Positions 1 through 9,330 of a stretch of 64,000 nucleotides of DNA are shown in pieces; the stretch's first letter is position 1, and every line of letters starts with the position of its first letter. A program made the position numbers and the translations under genes. This stretch comes from an uncultured virus (IMG/VR IMGVR_UViG_3300031772_000018) (taxonomy: Duplodnaviria; Heunggongvirae; Uroviricota; Caudoviricetes), in the IMG/VR virus record IMGVR_UViG_3300031772_000018; one strand, written 5' to 3'. The notes beneath the pieces were generated by a model, which was not told the DNA's origin, did not search any database, and saw only the letters and a program-made list of their open reading frames with translations.

Positions 1-101
1 TTGATGGAACGGAACGCACATGTGTTATTCTGATATAGACCGCAAAGCCTTTAACCTTATGCTATTTATCGTAATAGCACTACTACTGTGGAGTTTATAA
101 T

Positions 102-290
102 ATGGCAAAATGGATTACAGAATGTGAATTACGCAAATTGCTTGCTCGACATAAGGCAATAACTAAAGAAACTAGTCCGGAAGAGATAGCTGAAATTGAT
201 AAACAAATGAAACTAGCGCATAATCAATATATTGTCAATAACAACCAAGGGCCATCACTCTGGTCATGTATCTTAGAGTGGTTAAAATAG
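102..290 (+). CDS. hypothetical protein
   Basis: 62-aa ORF; TATTTAT motif at ~63 upstream. Confidence 0.6.
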   Translation: MAKWITECELRKLLARHKAITKETSPEEIAEIDKQMKLAHNQYIVNNNQGPSLWSCILEWLK

Positions 291-498
291 TTTTGCTCGG
301 TAAGTGGTTGTGGTTTAATTACTTAAAAATAATCCCGTTAATTGCTAAAAAATAAATTAAAATTTTCCATATATTATTCAGTACTTAGCTGCATAAGCCC
401 TGAGCCTCTTTAAGCAATTAAGCACTAAGCAAAGCTGTACAATATATCAAAAATATTCTTTGACTTTTTAGTTATATCAGAGATAATTATAGCTTGCG

Positions 499-575
499 CG
501 GAAAGTAGCACAGCTTGGTAGTGCGCTTGCTTTGGGAGCAAGAAGTCGCAGGTTCAAATCCTGTCTTTCCGACCA
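499..575 (+). tRNA. tRNA-Pro(TGG)
   Basis: Acceptor CGGAAAG/CTTTCCG, anticodon arm CTTGC-TTTGGGA-GCAAG, T-loop TTCAAAT, encoded CCA; promoter TTGACT-N16-GATAAT at 460-487. Confidence 0.97.
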
Positions 576-577
576 AC

Positions 578-651
578 GCCTTTATCGTATAGTGGTATTA
601 TTTCTACCTCGTAAGTAGGGGACACGGGTTCGATTCCTGTTGAAGGCTCCA
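578..651 (+). tRNA. tRNA-Thr(CGT)
   Basis: Acceptor GCCTTTA/TGAAGGC, anticodon arm TCTAC-CTCGTAA-GTAGG, T-loop TTCGATT, encoded CCA. Confidence 0.93.
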
Positions 652-748
652 GTTTCGTAAATTAAATTCTTCTTTGATACTTTCACTTCAGTCTGACCTA
701 AAAGGACACGGGAAATTATGATGAGTGCAAATCATTGTAACGACCCAC

Positions 749-797
749 GGCAGCCAGTAAGCGAGCTTAAGCGCTTATACTGGCTGCCAAATTTTTG
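749..797 (+). terminator. strong hairpin closing the tRNA transcript
   Basis: GGCAGCCAGTA(749-759)/TACTGGCTGCC(778-788) with inner AGCG/CGCT, followed by AAATTTTTG. Confidence 0.55.
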
Positions 798-800
798 TTG

Positions 801-828
801 TTGACAGAAATATAAAATTGGTTATAAT
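801..828 (+). promoter_or_regulatory. early sigma70-type promoter (representative of more than 30 copies between 460 and ~28200)
   Basis: TTGACA(801-806)-16 nt-TATAAT(823-828), ATG at 838; same architecture at e.g. 1057, 2120, 5386, 8752, 17591, 18761, 25040, 27254. Confidence 0.9.
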
Positions 829-837
829 AATAGTCAT

Positions 838-1053
838 ATGAAAAATATCAACTTAGCCTTGACCGAAGACGAATCCGATACACTCTTTGCCATACTTTGC
901 CAAGTCGGTGGTTCACCTGTTCACTCTCCCCGAAAGTATGCATCAGATATTCTTAACCGCATGAGAGGTCTTGGATTAGACAAGCGACTATATAATAATT
1001 CCTTTGTCGGTAACAAGGGATTGTATTTTAAGGATAATAGCCTTAAAAAATAG
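838..1053 (+). CDS. hypothetical protein, paralog of 5423-5659
   Basis: Shares LxLTxxE...CQ(V/I)GGxPxx(S/T)PR-like block with 5423 ORF; own promoter. Confidence 0.8.
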   Translation: MKNINLALTEDESDTLFAILCQVGGSPVHSPRKYASDILNRMRGLGLDKRLYNNSFVGNKGLYFKDNSLKK

Positions 1054-1092
1054 TTATTGACATTCTTAAAATAATCGGTATACTAATCGTTA

Positions 1093-1677
1093 ATGAAAAC
1101 ACTTGAAAAGACCTTTACAGCGAATTACGATAAAACTGGCAGTATGCAGTTCACCGAGCAGAAGCGTGAGGGTAATGTAGCTTGTTATGAGCGCAAGTAT
1201 CCTGATGGCCGCCTCCATTCTTACGAAGTCTTTGAGGTTAAGGTAATTAAGGCGGGCGCAAAGCTCCCAAATGGTGCGGTTGTCGCTGAGGATTATGAGC
1301 GTTATCCCGGCGCGGCATCCTTCGGCAAGGGTGCGTATAGTGTTAATACACAAGAGCGTGCCGACTTTCGTTATGAGGAATTAAAGACTACTCTCAGCAA
1401 TCGGCCTCCGGCAGAAGTTAATGCCGATGGTGATGAAGTCGTTGTCGTCAGGAAGGCTGGCAGGAAGGCTGTTATTCGCCCGGAAATGACCTTTCCAGAG
1501 GCTGAAAAGTGGACTATGAAGGATTTGCTGGCTCTCAATCCAGCCTACACTCCACCGCTGTTGTATGTCGCCCTTCAGAAGAAGATTGCTGCAAAGGTAG
1601 TGCAATGTGTTGGTGAACAACGGGTTGCAGGTGCTCGAGGCAAGCCCGCTAAGATTTACTCTCTTGTAAAGAGTTAA
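1093..1677 (+). CDS. hypothetical protein, possible C-terminal winged-helix DNA-binding domain
   Basis: 194 aa; ends in wing-like RGKPAKIYSL; own promoter at 1057. Confidence 0.7.
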   Translation: MKTLEKTFTANYDKTGSMQFTEQKREGNVACYERKYPDGRLHSYEVFEVKVIKAGAKLPNGAVVAEDYERYPGAASFGKGAYSVNTQERADFRYEELKTTLSNRPPAEVNADGDEVVVVRKAGRKAVIRPEMTFPEAEKWTMKDLLALNPAYTPPLLYVALQKKIAAKVVQCVGEQRVAGARGKPAKIYSLVKS

Positions 1678-1679
1678 GT

Positions 1680-2123
1680 ATGAACGCGTTACATGTTGGG
1701 TTCACAGGAACTCAAACTGGATTAAATCGAAAGCAGCAAGGTAAGCTGCGCAGCTTTCTGGAAGAGCTTAATAGGATGTATAAGCACGCAGCGCCATTTC
1801 TACATCACGGCGATTGTATAGGAGCAGATGCACTGGCTCATCGAATTGCTAGGGAAAGCGGATTTTTTGTGATCATTCATCCACCTATCAATGTATACAA
1901 TCGAGCATTTTGTGGAATAGCTTTTGCTAGTGAAAAAATTTTACCGACGAAGGAATACCTCGAACGAAATCACGACATTGTTGATGCGACAGAATTCTTG
2001 ATTGCGTGTCCAAAGGGATTGACAGAGGAAGTGCGTAGTGGAACATGGGCGACTGTGCGTTATGCGCGGAAGTGTGGTAAGAAGGTTTATATCTTTTATC
2101 CTGATGGCACAAAAGGGTATTGA
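1680..2123 (+). CDS. SLOG-superfamily (DprA/YspA-like) nucleotide-binding protein
   Basis: VGFTG, HHGDCIGAD, ERNHDIVD, SGTWATVRYA motifs. Confidence 0.85.
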   Translation: MNALHVGFTGTQTGLNRKQQGKLRSFLEELNRMYKHAAPFLHHGDCIGADALAHRIARESGFFVIIHPPINVYNRAFCGIAFASEKILPTKEYLERNHDIVDATEFLIACPKGLTEEVRSGTWATVRYARKCGKKVYIFYPDGTKGY

Positions 2124-2155
2124 CAAAAATATAAAAAGGTATATACTGGTAAAAT

Positions 2156-2533
2156 ATGAATGATACGAATTTAGTCAATGATATATTGAAACAGAAATTG
2201 GTTGAGTTACTAGATAAGGGTGAAGCGGGTGCTGTCAGTGCTGTTAATTGGTTACTTGCACAAGCTCCTGATGTTGCTAAACAATATCTACAATGGGAGA
2301 TTGGTAAGAGTATCTTTTGGATATGCTTTTGTGTGATTGGTATGCTTGTTGGATATATGCTCTATCGAGTTATGAAGGCTACTCAATCAGATGGAGAAGA
2401 ATTTATACCGCTCGTTAGCTCTCAAGCTTTGGGTTGGATTGGGTTGGCTATAAATACTTTTTCGTTAGTTAAGGTGCTTGTTGCACCGAAGTTAGTTTTG
2501 ATTGATTTTGTTATTGGGTTGGTTCACAAGTAA
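2156..2533 (+). CDS. membrane protein
   Basis: Hydrophobic segments; own promoter at 2120. Confidence 0.75.
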   Translation: MNDTNLVNDILKQKLVELLDKGEAGAVSAVNWLLAQAPDVAKQYLQWEIGKSIFWICFCVIGMLVGYMLYRVMKATQSDGEEFIPLVSSQALGWIGLAINTFSLVKVLVAPKLVLIDFVIGLVHK

Positions 2534-2697
2534 GTGCATTCCCACACAAACAATTCGACACCTAAGAAAGACTTAATAATCTTTGTGGTGTGTATGATTG
2601 TATCGCTGGTGTGGATTTTAATTCTGAAAAAATGTAGTTGACAAAAGTATAAAAACGAGTATTATATAACATAACAAAGTAAACAAAGGATAAAACA

Positions 2698-2904
2698 TTG
2701 AATCAAGGAACAAAAAGTGGTTTGCAGGCGTGGATCCGAAACAATCTCGGTATGACTTATACCGATTGGAAGCGTCAGAACCGTGAGGTTCGTGGCGTGC
2801 AGTATAACAAGTATCAGCGTGGGGTGAAGTTGAACCCGCTCGCTCCGCTGCCTGTGGTAGCGGCGATTGATACGGGTGAAGCTGAGGATGAGGTATTGGC
2901 ATAA
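2698..2904 (+). CDS. hypothetical protein
   Basis: TTG start after AAGGA; promoter at ~2638. Confidence 0.65.
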   Translation: MNQGTKSGLQAWIRNNLGMTYTDWKRQNREVRGVQYNKYQRGVKLNPLAPLPVVAAIDTGEAEDEVLA

Positions 2905-3104
2905 TGAATATCTCTATTCTCTTATTGAAAATCATATCTAGTATATTTTTCGTATGCCTGACTTTCTTTATTGGTATTGCTACAATGATTTATGGTTGGG
3001 GCATTCATCCTGTTAGCTGGGGCTGGATTATTTTTAGTTCTGTTGCTACATGGATTATAATGGTGTTGATGACTCTAATCAACGCAATTCCAAATAAGGA
3101 CTAA
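2904..3104 (+). CDS. small two-TM membrane protein
   Basis: Two hydrophobic helices; TAATG coupling. Confidence 0.7.
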   Translation: MNISILLLKIISSIFFVCLTFFIGIATMIYGWGIHPVSWGWIIFSSVATWIIMVLMTLINAIPNKD

Positions 3105-3105
3105 T

Positions 3106-3327
3106 ATGAATATCAGAGTTAAAGTTAATACCATTGATGGGCGTGAGTGGGAATCAAAGGTTCAAAATTTCACTAGTGATGAATACAATAATTTGTTGGA
3201 AAGCATTGAGCAATACAAGATAATGAATTATTTTCGTATTAAGACTGAATCCAATGGTGGTTTGATTAAGGGCAATGTAACTTTTCAGCCACAACATATC
3301 GTCGCAATTACTCTTTTGGAAGTGTAA
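3106..3327 (+). CDS. hypothetical protein
   Basis: Tightly packed ORF. Confidence 0.7.
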   Translation: MNIRVKVNTIDGREWESKVQNFTSDEYNNLLESIEQYKIMNYFRIKTESNGGLIKGNVTFQPQHIVAITLLEV

Positions 3328-3371
3328 TTAAACACTTGACAAAAATATAAAAAGTGATAGCATAGTAACAT

Positions 3372-4001
3372 ATGAATATCTCTGCTGACGATTACAGTTA
3401 TCTTACCGCGAATCTTAAACGTGCTCTCAACATCTTGGAGATGTTGAATAAACAACAGACCCTTGTTGCCAAAGTTGACCCGATGGACATTACAAGTATT
3501 CCGAGTAGTAATACTTCTAATAAAGTTTTCGGTTGTAATGAGAAAGTGGTGCGTGAGAAGGTTTCCTCGATAATGAAGGCTGCGATTTATAATAATGTCG
3601 CACCAAACTTTATTTCTTCTAATTATCCCACAAAGTATTTTACCGCTCCGGGTGGATTTAAGGTTTTAGGTAGAACGGTTTGTGGTGTCTATATTGTTGA
3701 TTGTAATGGTCGAGTTTATCGTTACACTTACAACAAGAAAAATAATGGGTATACTCTTTTTACTTCTAAAGATCGTGATTCGCGTAATTACAAGGGTTCG
3801 TTTGTCAATGGACCTCTTGGTGACGCACTGATGAAGGTTATTCATGCAAAATACCCGTGGAAGAAATATTCCGTCAACAAAATGTATCGGTCAGCAAATC
3901 CGAAGCTTAAGCGAAGTGTTCGTATTCGTAACTTTACAAAAGACCACTCCACACATTACGATGTGTATGTTTACTGGCGCCGTGTTTACAACACATATTA
4001 A
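3372..4001 (+). CDS. hypothetical basic protein
   Basis: 209 aa; promoter at ~3336. Confidence 0.75.
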   Translation: MNISADDYSYLTANLKRALNILEMLNKQQTLVAKVDPMDITSIPSSNTSNKVFGCNEKVVREKVSSIMKAAIYNNVAPNFISSNYPTKYFTAPGGFKVLGRTVCGVYIVDCNGRVYRYTYNKKNNGYTLFTSKDRDSRNYKGSFVNGPLGDALMKVIHAKYPWKKYSVNKMYRSANPKLKRSVRIRNFTKDHSTHYDVYVYWRRVYNTY

Positions 4002-4040
4002 ACGCTTGACATAAATACTATTTAATAGTATTATTCTAGG

Positions 4041-4220
4041 ATGTGGACGAAACCTAAATCGTGGGGCGGTTATGATACCGCTAAGGGAAAGTTTTATCTA
4101 CAAACCAAAGATGGTTTTTATATTACGGAAACCTCAACGGTGTGGGATGAAGCCTATGAGCTTTGGTTGAGCGGTAAAAGTAAGTGGAGTCTGTTTGGTT
4201 ACAAAGAAAAATTGATATGA
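4041..4220 (+). CDS. small hypothetical protein (59 aa, MWTKPKSWGG...)
   Basis: Starts right after promoter at ~4006; stop overlaps the ligase start (ATGA). Confidence 0.65.
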   Translation: MWTKPKSWGGYDTAKGKFYLQTKDGFYITETSTVWDEAYELWLSGKSKWSLFGYKEKLI

Positions 4221-5191
4221 TTAAATTCCCAGAAATTGAAGGTCTGCATCAGATTGTCAAGATGCTTGACAAGTATCCTCAGTATATTCCTGTTGCACCC
4301 ATCGTGTATAAAGGTAAAATCAAACTACACGGCACCAATGGTAGTGTTGCAATTTATCCTGACGGCCGTGTAATTGCGCAGAGCCGTGAGCAAGAATTGG
4401 TTGATGGTGCTGATAATGCTGGGTTTGCTAAGTGGGTTGAAAGCAACCTGATTCATTTCCGCTGTCTTCAAGATAATGTCCAAGTTACTGTATTCGGTGA
4501 ATGGTGTGGGAAGGGCATTAACAAGGGTTGTGCAATTCATCAGATTCCTGAAAAACAATTTGTAGTTTTTATGATTCAGTTTGGTGACAATGAAACCGGT
4601 CAGTGTTATACCGAGCCGCATATTCTTGAAGATATTTTGGAATACATTCCGAATATCAATGTTTTGCCGTGGTATGAACCTGCTGAAATCACACTTGATT
4701 ATTCTAATAAGAGTCAATTGCGTGAGCAAGCAGACAAGATTTCTGCACTTGTTCTTGAAGTTGAGAAGTGTGACCCGTGGGTTAAATTACAATTTGCTGT
4801 AGAAGGAATTGGTGAGGGCATTGTTTATTATCCTCAAATTCCTATGGACCGTGAGAGCTACACACGTTATATGTTTAAGGCTAAGGGTGAGAAGCATCAG
4901 GTTGTTGTTCAGAAGCAAGCCGTGCAAGTTGATCCCGAAGTGGCCAAGAGCATTGACGAATTTGTGACGATGTTTGTTACAGAGAATCGTTGTCAACAGG
5001 GACTTAACGTTGCCTGTGGTGATGTTCTTGACCGCAAGTTGACGGGACAATTCTTGAAGTGGCTCTGTCAGGATGTCTTAAAGGAAAGTAAAACCGAATT
5101 AGAAGCGTCTAACCTTACGTGGGATGACGTTAAACAAGCTGTGCAGAAGGCTGCGCAGAAGTGGTGGCTTATCAAAACTGCTTCCATTTAA
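4217..5191 (+). CDS. ATP-dependent RNA ligase, Rnl2-like family
   Basis: Nucleotidyltransferase motifs KLHGTN, FGEWCG, EGIVY, FKAK; start reassigned to ATG 4217. Confidence 0.85.
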   Translation: MIKFPEIEGLHQIVKMLDKYPQYIPVAPIVYKGKIKLHGTNGSVAIYPDGRVIAQSREQELVDGADNAGFAKWVESNLIHFRCLQDNVQVTVFGEWCGKGINKGCAIHQIPEKQFVVFMIQFGDNETGQCYTEPHILEDILEYIPNINVLPWYEPAEITLDYSNKSQLREQADKISALVLEVEKCDPWVKLQFAVEGIGEGIVYYPQIPMDRESYTRYMFKAKGEKHQVVVQKQAVQVDPEVAKSIDEFVTMFVTENRCQQGLNVACGDVLDRKLTGQFLKWLCQDVLKESKTELEASNLTWDDVKQAVQKAAQKWWLIKTASI

Positions 5192-5202
5192 ATGTCCGAA
5201 CC

Positions 5203-5372
5203 CTCCCGTGTTATGATATTGGAGAATTTTTAACAAAGTTTGTTTGAATCCGCAGTAAATTGGCCTACATAATGTTCAGACGTTCTTATGTGTTTCTTTC
5301 TGCCAATTTGGATTCCACGACGACAACTAACATTGTCAGTCTCCGTTAAAAAGTTACAACATAACACGGGAG
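5203..5372. ncRNA. 6S RNA-like long irregular hairpin
   Basis: Perfect 13-bp closing stem CTCCCGTGTTATG/CATAACACGGGAG, second stem TTTTTAAC/GTTAAAAA, central bubble, GAATCC/GGATTC and AAATTGGC/GCCAATTT, apical ACATAA/TTATGT; intergenic, 170 nt. Confidence 0.55.
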
Positions 5373-5422
5373 CGAATTTTAGTGCTTGACATAATTATAT
5401 AAATCGGTATAATTAGTAAATT

Positions 5423-5659
5423 ATGAAATCTGAAGGCATTTACATTGTTACTAGGAAACTCACGGGTGTTACACTTAATTTAACTCTTGAAGAAGCCGGT
5501 TATTTACGAAAGGTTTGTGGTCAAATCGGTGGCGACCCTGATACGACTCCTCGAGGATTTTTCACTAAACTCGCTAATCATCTAGACAGTTTGGGTGTGA
5601 AAAAAACCGGCGAAATCTCTGACTCTGACGGAACTGGTATATTTTTTGAGAAATTTTGA
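5423..5659 (+). CDS. hypothetical protein, paralog of 838-1053
   Basis: LNLTLEEAGYLRKVCGQIGGDPDTTPR; promoter at 5386. Confidence 0.8.
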   Translation: MKSEGIYIVTRKLTGVTLNLTLEEAGYLRKVCGQIGGDPDTTPRGFFTKLANHLDSLGVKKTGEISDSDGTGIFFEKF

Positions 5660-5666
5660 GAGATAA

Positions 5667-5846
5667 ATGAATAAGAGTGTTACAAAGTATTCACGGGTTA
5701 TCAATGCCCGTGAAGAAAGGGATGCTTGGAAGGCTTCCAAGCGGGGTAAGGTTCGTAATCCCAATGGCAGACGGGAACGCCAAAAATATACTTACCAACA
5801 AATCATTGACATTTTGGCCGATGAACAGGACAGATATGACAGATAA
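5667..5846 (+). CDS. small basic hypothetical protein (59 aa, MNKSVTKYSR...)
   Basis: ORF filling the gap; stop overlaps the HD gene start region. Confidence 0.55.
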   Translation: MNKSVTKYSRVINAREERDAWKASKRGKVRNPNGRRERQKYTYQQIIDILADEQDRYDR

Positions 5847-6414
5847 AGCAACGATTCTGCCTGAGGATGAATTTACAGAGATTTCTAAAGTTGACCTTGT
5901 TAGCAAAGCTCTAACCTTTGCTACGAAGGCGCATGAAGGGCAGACACGCAAGTATACAGTTGAGCCGTATATCAATCATCCGATACGGGTGATGGAAAAG
6001 GTTAAAACGGTAACAAGTGAACCGACGATGCTTGCTGCGGCTCTCTTGCATGATGTTGTTGAGGATTGTGGGGTTAATCTGACTACGATTGAAAAAGAAT
6101 TTGGTCTTGGTGTTGCTCTATTAGTTTTTCAGTTGACAAGTCCAAGCAAACAATTTCCTAAGATGGAGAGAGCAAACCGCAAACAATTAGACCGCTACCA
6201 TTTAGCTGTTGCTAGTGGTGATGCTCAGACAATTAAATTTGCGGACTTCCTTGATAATGTTCCGAGTATCGTTAAGCATGACCCTGAGTTTGGTAAGGTT
6301 TATGTATTGGAAAAGATTGCAGATGTACATGTTATGACGAAGGGCAATACATATTTGCTGAAAGAAGTTCGTGAAATGCTTTACCGAGCCTCAACAGATT
6401 TGGAAATCGTTTAA
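5836..6414 (+). CDS. HD-domain hydrolase, RelA/SpoT (Mesh1/small alarmone hydrolase)-like
   Basis: AHEGQTRK, PYINHP, LLHDVVED, KFADFLDN motifs; likely start ATG 5836. Confidence 0.88.
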   Translation: MTDKATILPEDEFTEISKVDLVSKALTFATKAHEGQTRKYTVEPYINHPIRVMEKVKTVTSEPTMLAAALLHDVVEDCGVNLTTIEKEFGLGVALLVFQLTSPSKQFPKMERANRKQLDRYHLAVASGDAQTIKFADFLDNVPSIVKHDPEFGKVYVLEKIADVHVMTKGNTYLLKEVREMLYRASTDLEIV

Positions 6415-6870
6415 ATGAATATTGGTTCAAAGAGTAGGTATCCCGCATCAGCTCTTAGTAATTTTGCGCCCCATCCGTTTGTGATTTATGGGGTAAAGTG
6501 TAACAGCATGGAAGGGTTTTTACAATCTTTAAAATGCAAGTATCCCCGTATACAAATAGAAATCTGTAAGCTTGTTGGTTTAGCTGCAAAGTATAAGGGT
6601 AAGAAATACAAGTGGTGGAAAGATGGAATTGTATATTGGAATGGCCGAGCAATAGACAGACACGGCGATGAATACCAAAAACTTTTGGATACCGCATTCA
6701 CCGAATTATATAATCAGTCACAATCGTTTAGAAAAGCGTTAAAAGCAACTGGAATGTCTCCGTTGACACATACCATTGGTAAGACTAATCCAAAAGAAAC
6801 GATATTAACTCAATCAGAATTTTGTTATCGGTTAAAAATGTTAAGAGATTATGGACAAATTCCCGCTTGA
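6415..6870 (+). CDS. NADAR-family protein (T4 gp30.3-like)
   Basis: LSNFAPHPF, SMEGFLQSLK, LTHTIGK...TILT motifs. Confidence 0.8.
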   Translation: MNIGSKSRYPASALSNFAPHPFVIYGVKCNSMEGFLQSLKCKYPRIQIEICKLVGLAAKYKGKKYKWWKDGIVYWNGRAIDRHGDEYQKLLDTAFTELYNQSQSFRKALKATGMSPLTHTIGKTNPKETILTQSEFCYRLKMLRDYGQIPA

Positions 6871-6903
6871 CTTTTATATGTAAATCTATATACTTGTAAC
6901 ACT

Positions 6904-6978
6904 ATGGAAAACGAACTATACGACTTGTATCGAATCAGTTGTGAGGAAGTTTATCAGGAAGAGGAAACCGAGCTATGA
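6904..6978 (+). CDS. acidic 24-aa micro-peptide
   Basis: MENELYDLYRISCEEVYQEEETEL; directly after promoter at ~6867; ATGA overlap with next gene. Confidence 0.5.
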   Translation: MENELYDLYRISCEEVYQEEETEL

Positions 6979-7532
6979 AACCGCTAATATTATTTCTTGC
7001 AGTGTTGTGTCTATCTACCAATCTCCAAGCTAAATCAGAGAAAGCTGTAAATTTGCTCGATGGTATTTCCATGCAGACGCAGCATTATACTCAAACAATT
7101 AAGGCTAAGCCGCTTGCTATTACAAAGTTTGGTTGGCGCGAAGGTTATTGTCAATGGTGTCAAAAGCAAAACATTGTTAGTCACTATATTGAGTTGGCAA
7201 ACTGGGGCTGTGCAGTTTGTGATTTTTCAACAGGTACGCAATGTCAATGTGAACGCGGTCATTATTGGTATCAAAAATATATGACAAATGGAACGGTGCA
7301 AGTCGAAAGATTTAAGTTAAGCAAACGTATACTGCCGGACACACGACAATGGGCGGCATTGCATCGTGAGCCGGTGACTATTGTATTACCAACAGACCCG
7401 CTGCCTGATTTGAAGCTTCCGCGGCGTGAGAAGGAAACGGATACATTGTCACTAATATCAAGTGCGAGCGCTGAGGAAATTACTGTTAGACCGCCGACTA
7501 TTCGATATATTCTATTTAGACGAGGCGAATGA
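6975..7532 (+). CDS. secreted Cys-rich protein
   Basis: N-terminal signal peptide; CxxC motifs. Confidence 0.7.
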   Translation: MKPLILFLAVLCLSTNLQAKSEKAVNLLDGISMQTQHYTQTIKAKPLAITKFGWREGYCQWCQKQNIVSHYIELANWGCAVCDFSTGTQCQCERGHYWYQKYMTNGTVQVERFKLSKRILPDTRQWAALHREPVTIVLPTDPLPDLKLPRREKETDTLSLISSASAEEITVRPPTIRYILFRRGE

Positions 7533-7885
7533 AAAAGTTAGTATATCGAGCAAGTGATTTTACACCGACAGAGTTTACTACGGCAGATGAAAAGGCACGT
7601 TTTGCAAATCACTTCATTCGATTTATAGAAAGTGGTTGTAAGTGGACATTATTCCATATATGGTTTTATCGTAAATTAAGCAACTGCTTTGGAATGCATG
7701 CCCATTATGACCGACGCAACTTCCACGCTGCTTGTTTTGAAAAGTATGGTGGTAAAAATTACAATCTTTCTAGCTTCATAGATGATTGCTTGGAATATCC
7801 TTGTTATGGTGACCCCAGTTATACTTTTTGTGATGTTGAGAAGAAACTAAAAGAATACTTGACAAATTATAAAAAATCAGTATAA
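7529..7885 (+). CDS. hypothetical protein
   Basis: ATGA-coupled 118-aa ORF. Confidence 0.75.
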   Translation: MKKLVYRASDFTPTEFTTADEKARFANHFIRFIESGCKWTLFHIWFYRKLSNCFGMHAHYDRRNFHAACFEKYGGKNYNLSSFIDDCLEYPCYGDPSYTFCDVEKKLKEYLTNYKKSV

Positions 7886-7895
7886 TATATAAACA

Positions 7896-8099
7896 ATGAG
7901 CGAAAACCTTACGGTATCCATCCGCTGTATCAAATGTAAGAAACTCCACACCATCGCAGTTGCCCGTAAAGATTATGACGCGTGGATTAACGGAGCTTTA
8001 ATTCAAAACGTGATGCCCTATCTCAGTCTTGACCAACGTGAATTGTTGATTAGCAAGATTTGTGGCAAGTGTTTCGACAAGATGTTTGGAAAGGAATAA
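7896..8099 (+). CDS. small Zn-finger protein
   Basis: CIKC...CGKC; promoter at ~7859. Confidence 0.75.
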   Translation: MSENLTVSIRCIKCKKLHTIAVARKDYDAWINGALIQNVMPYLSLDQRELLISKICGKCFDKMFGKE

Positions 8100-8100
8100 A

Positions 8101-8274
8101 ATGATTATTACTATTATTATAGATGCTGAAGACCCCAACATAATGATTAAGGATTTAATGGATACATTTGAGAAATCCGACACTGTTGCAGAATGGAGAA
8201 AGATAACGGCTAATGGGAAGGAAGTTACGATTCATAATGTTCTGGACATTTGCAAGGGAATCAAAGTGTTATGA
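8101..8274 (+). CDS. hypothetical protein
   Basis: Packed ORF, ATG 8101. Confidence 0.55.
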   Translation: MIITIIIDAEDPNIMIKDLMDTFEKSDTVAEWRKITANGKEVTIHNVLDICKGIKVL

Positions 8275-8459
8275 CTGACAAACTTGAAGAAATCCGAAAG
8301 TTAGTTTCGATTAAACCGCCGATGACCTGTGAAGAAGAAATGGATTGTCTGGAAGATGGTTTTGCCAGCAACATAGATGATGCATACGCCGCAGGAATTG
8401 CGCAAGGTGAGGCTCTAATGGCCGAATCAATTCTTAAAATTTTATTGACAAAGGAATAA
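8271..8459 (+). CDS. hypothetical acidic protein
   Basis: ATGA-coupled. Confidence 0.6.
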   Translation: MTDKLEEIRKLVSIKPPMTCEEEMDCLEDGFASNIDDAYAAGIAQGEALMAESILKILLTKE

Positions 8460-8744
8460 ATGAATTCTACATTTACGGTTGGTCGGCATGAAGCAATTCT
8501 CGAGCAATATGCTGGTCAGACAATTATCCATTCGTTTCGTAGAATGGATGTTGGATTATTTTCTACCCGAGGCATATTATCATTAGAATTAGATGAAAAG
8601 TCCAATCGGATGTATTTTAAGACTTTTAATCCGAAGACGGCGCAAGCTACAGCCTCACGGGTGGACGCAATTTCGGGAATGGAAACCACAGAGTTAGTTG
8701 GACCTGAGAAAATAAAGTTGCTTCACGTTTATACGGAGATTTAA
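8460..8744 (+). CDS. hypothetical protein
   Basis: Packed 94-aa ORF. Confidence 0.65.
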   Translation: MNSTFTVGRHEAILEQYAGQTIIHSFRRMDVGLFSTRGILSLELDEKSNRMYFKTFNPKTAQATASRVDAISGMETTELVGPEKIKLLHVYTEI

Positions 8745-8785
8745 ATTGCTCTTGACAAATATATAAAAATGGATATACTTATTGT

Positions 8786-9330
8786 TAGTTGAGTGACGCT
8801 AGCAGTTACTTGACTTGAAGGCAGCGGAAATGAATCAGGTTGCAACGCGTTATCTGACAAAGCCAAAGGCTGCCTAAAAATTTAGAAGTGTAGTCACGAA
8901 TCGGTTGGCAGGTTCAACCTAACATCGCAACACGAGGCTTTCGAAAAGTCAGACGGGCGGGATGGCCAGCAGACCGTGACTCGATTTAGAAGTAAATGGT
9001 TCTTTAACAATTTAGCATCGCACTTGGTAGGACAAGTGCTGTCGGGGTAAGCCCGGCCGAGGTTGCGTGTAAACCTTGCCTGTTACCTCTCTGGCCAACC
9101 ATTCGACGTCGAGTGAGTCCTGGAGAAATAATAACGGATAAGCAGGGGAGTAGGGAGTAAGCGATTAAATGATGAATTTTTGACGCCGATAACAATCACA
9201 GCTCCACCAATTTAGTGCCTTCACCGGTGGTGAACCAACCCCTGCAGGGGTTATGCTTCAAGCCGTACTAGAAGGCATTAAAAAATGCTGGTGGGGTCGC
9301 TCCCCTTTATCACAATTCTGTGGACAGCAA
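8786..9330 (+). ncRNA. multi-module structured ncRNA cassette A
   Basis: Promoter 8752-8779 with no credible ORF; closed modules AGGCAGC/GCTGCCT, AGTCACG/CGTGACT, GTGCCTTC/GAAGGCAT, many GC-rich hairpins, ATTTAG linkers, boxA-like GTTCTTTAACA at 8999. Confidence 0.65.

Noticed and set aside
5677..5835. N-terminal extension of the HD hydrolase in the ORF track
   Set aside because: Better explained by a separate 59-aa ORF (5667-5846) coupled to an ATG at 5836
9146..9209. Additional tRNA ending GCTCCACCA
   Set aside because: No T-arm or cloverleaf; retained only as part of cassette A
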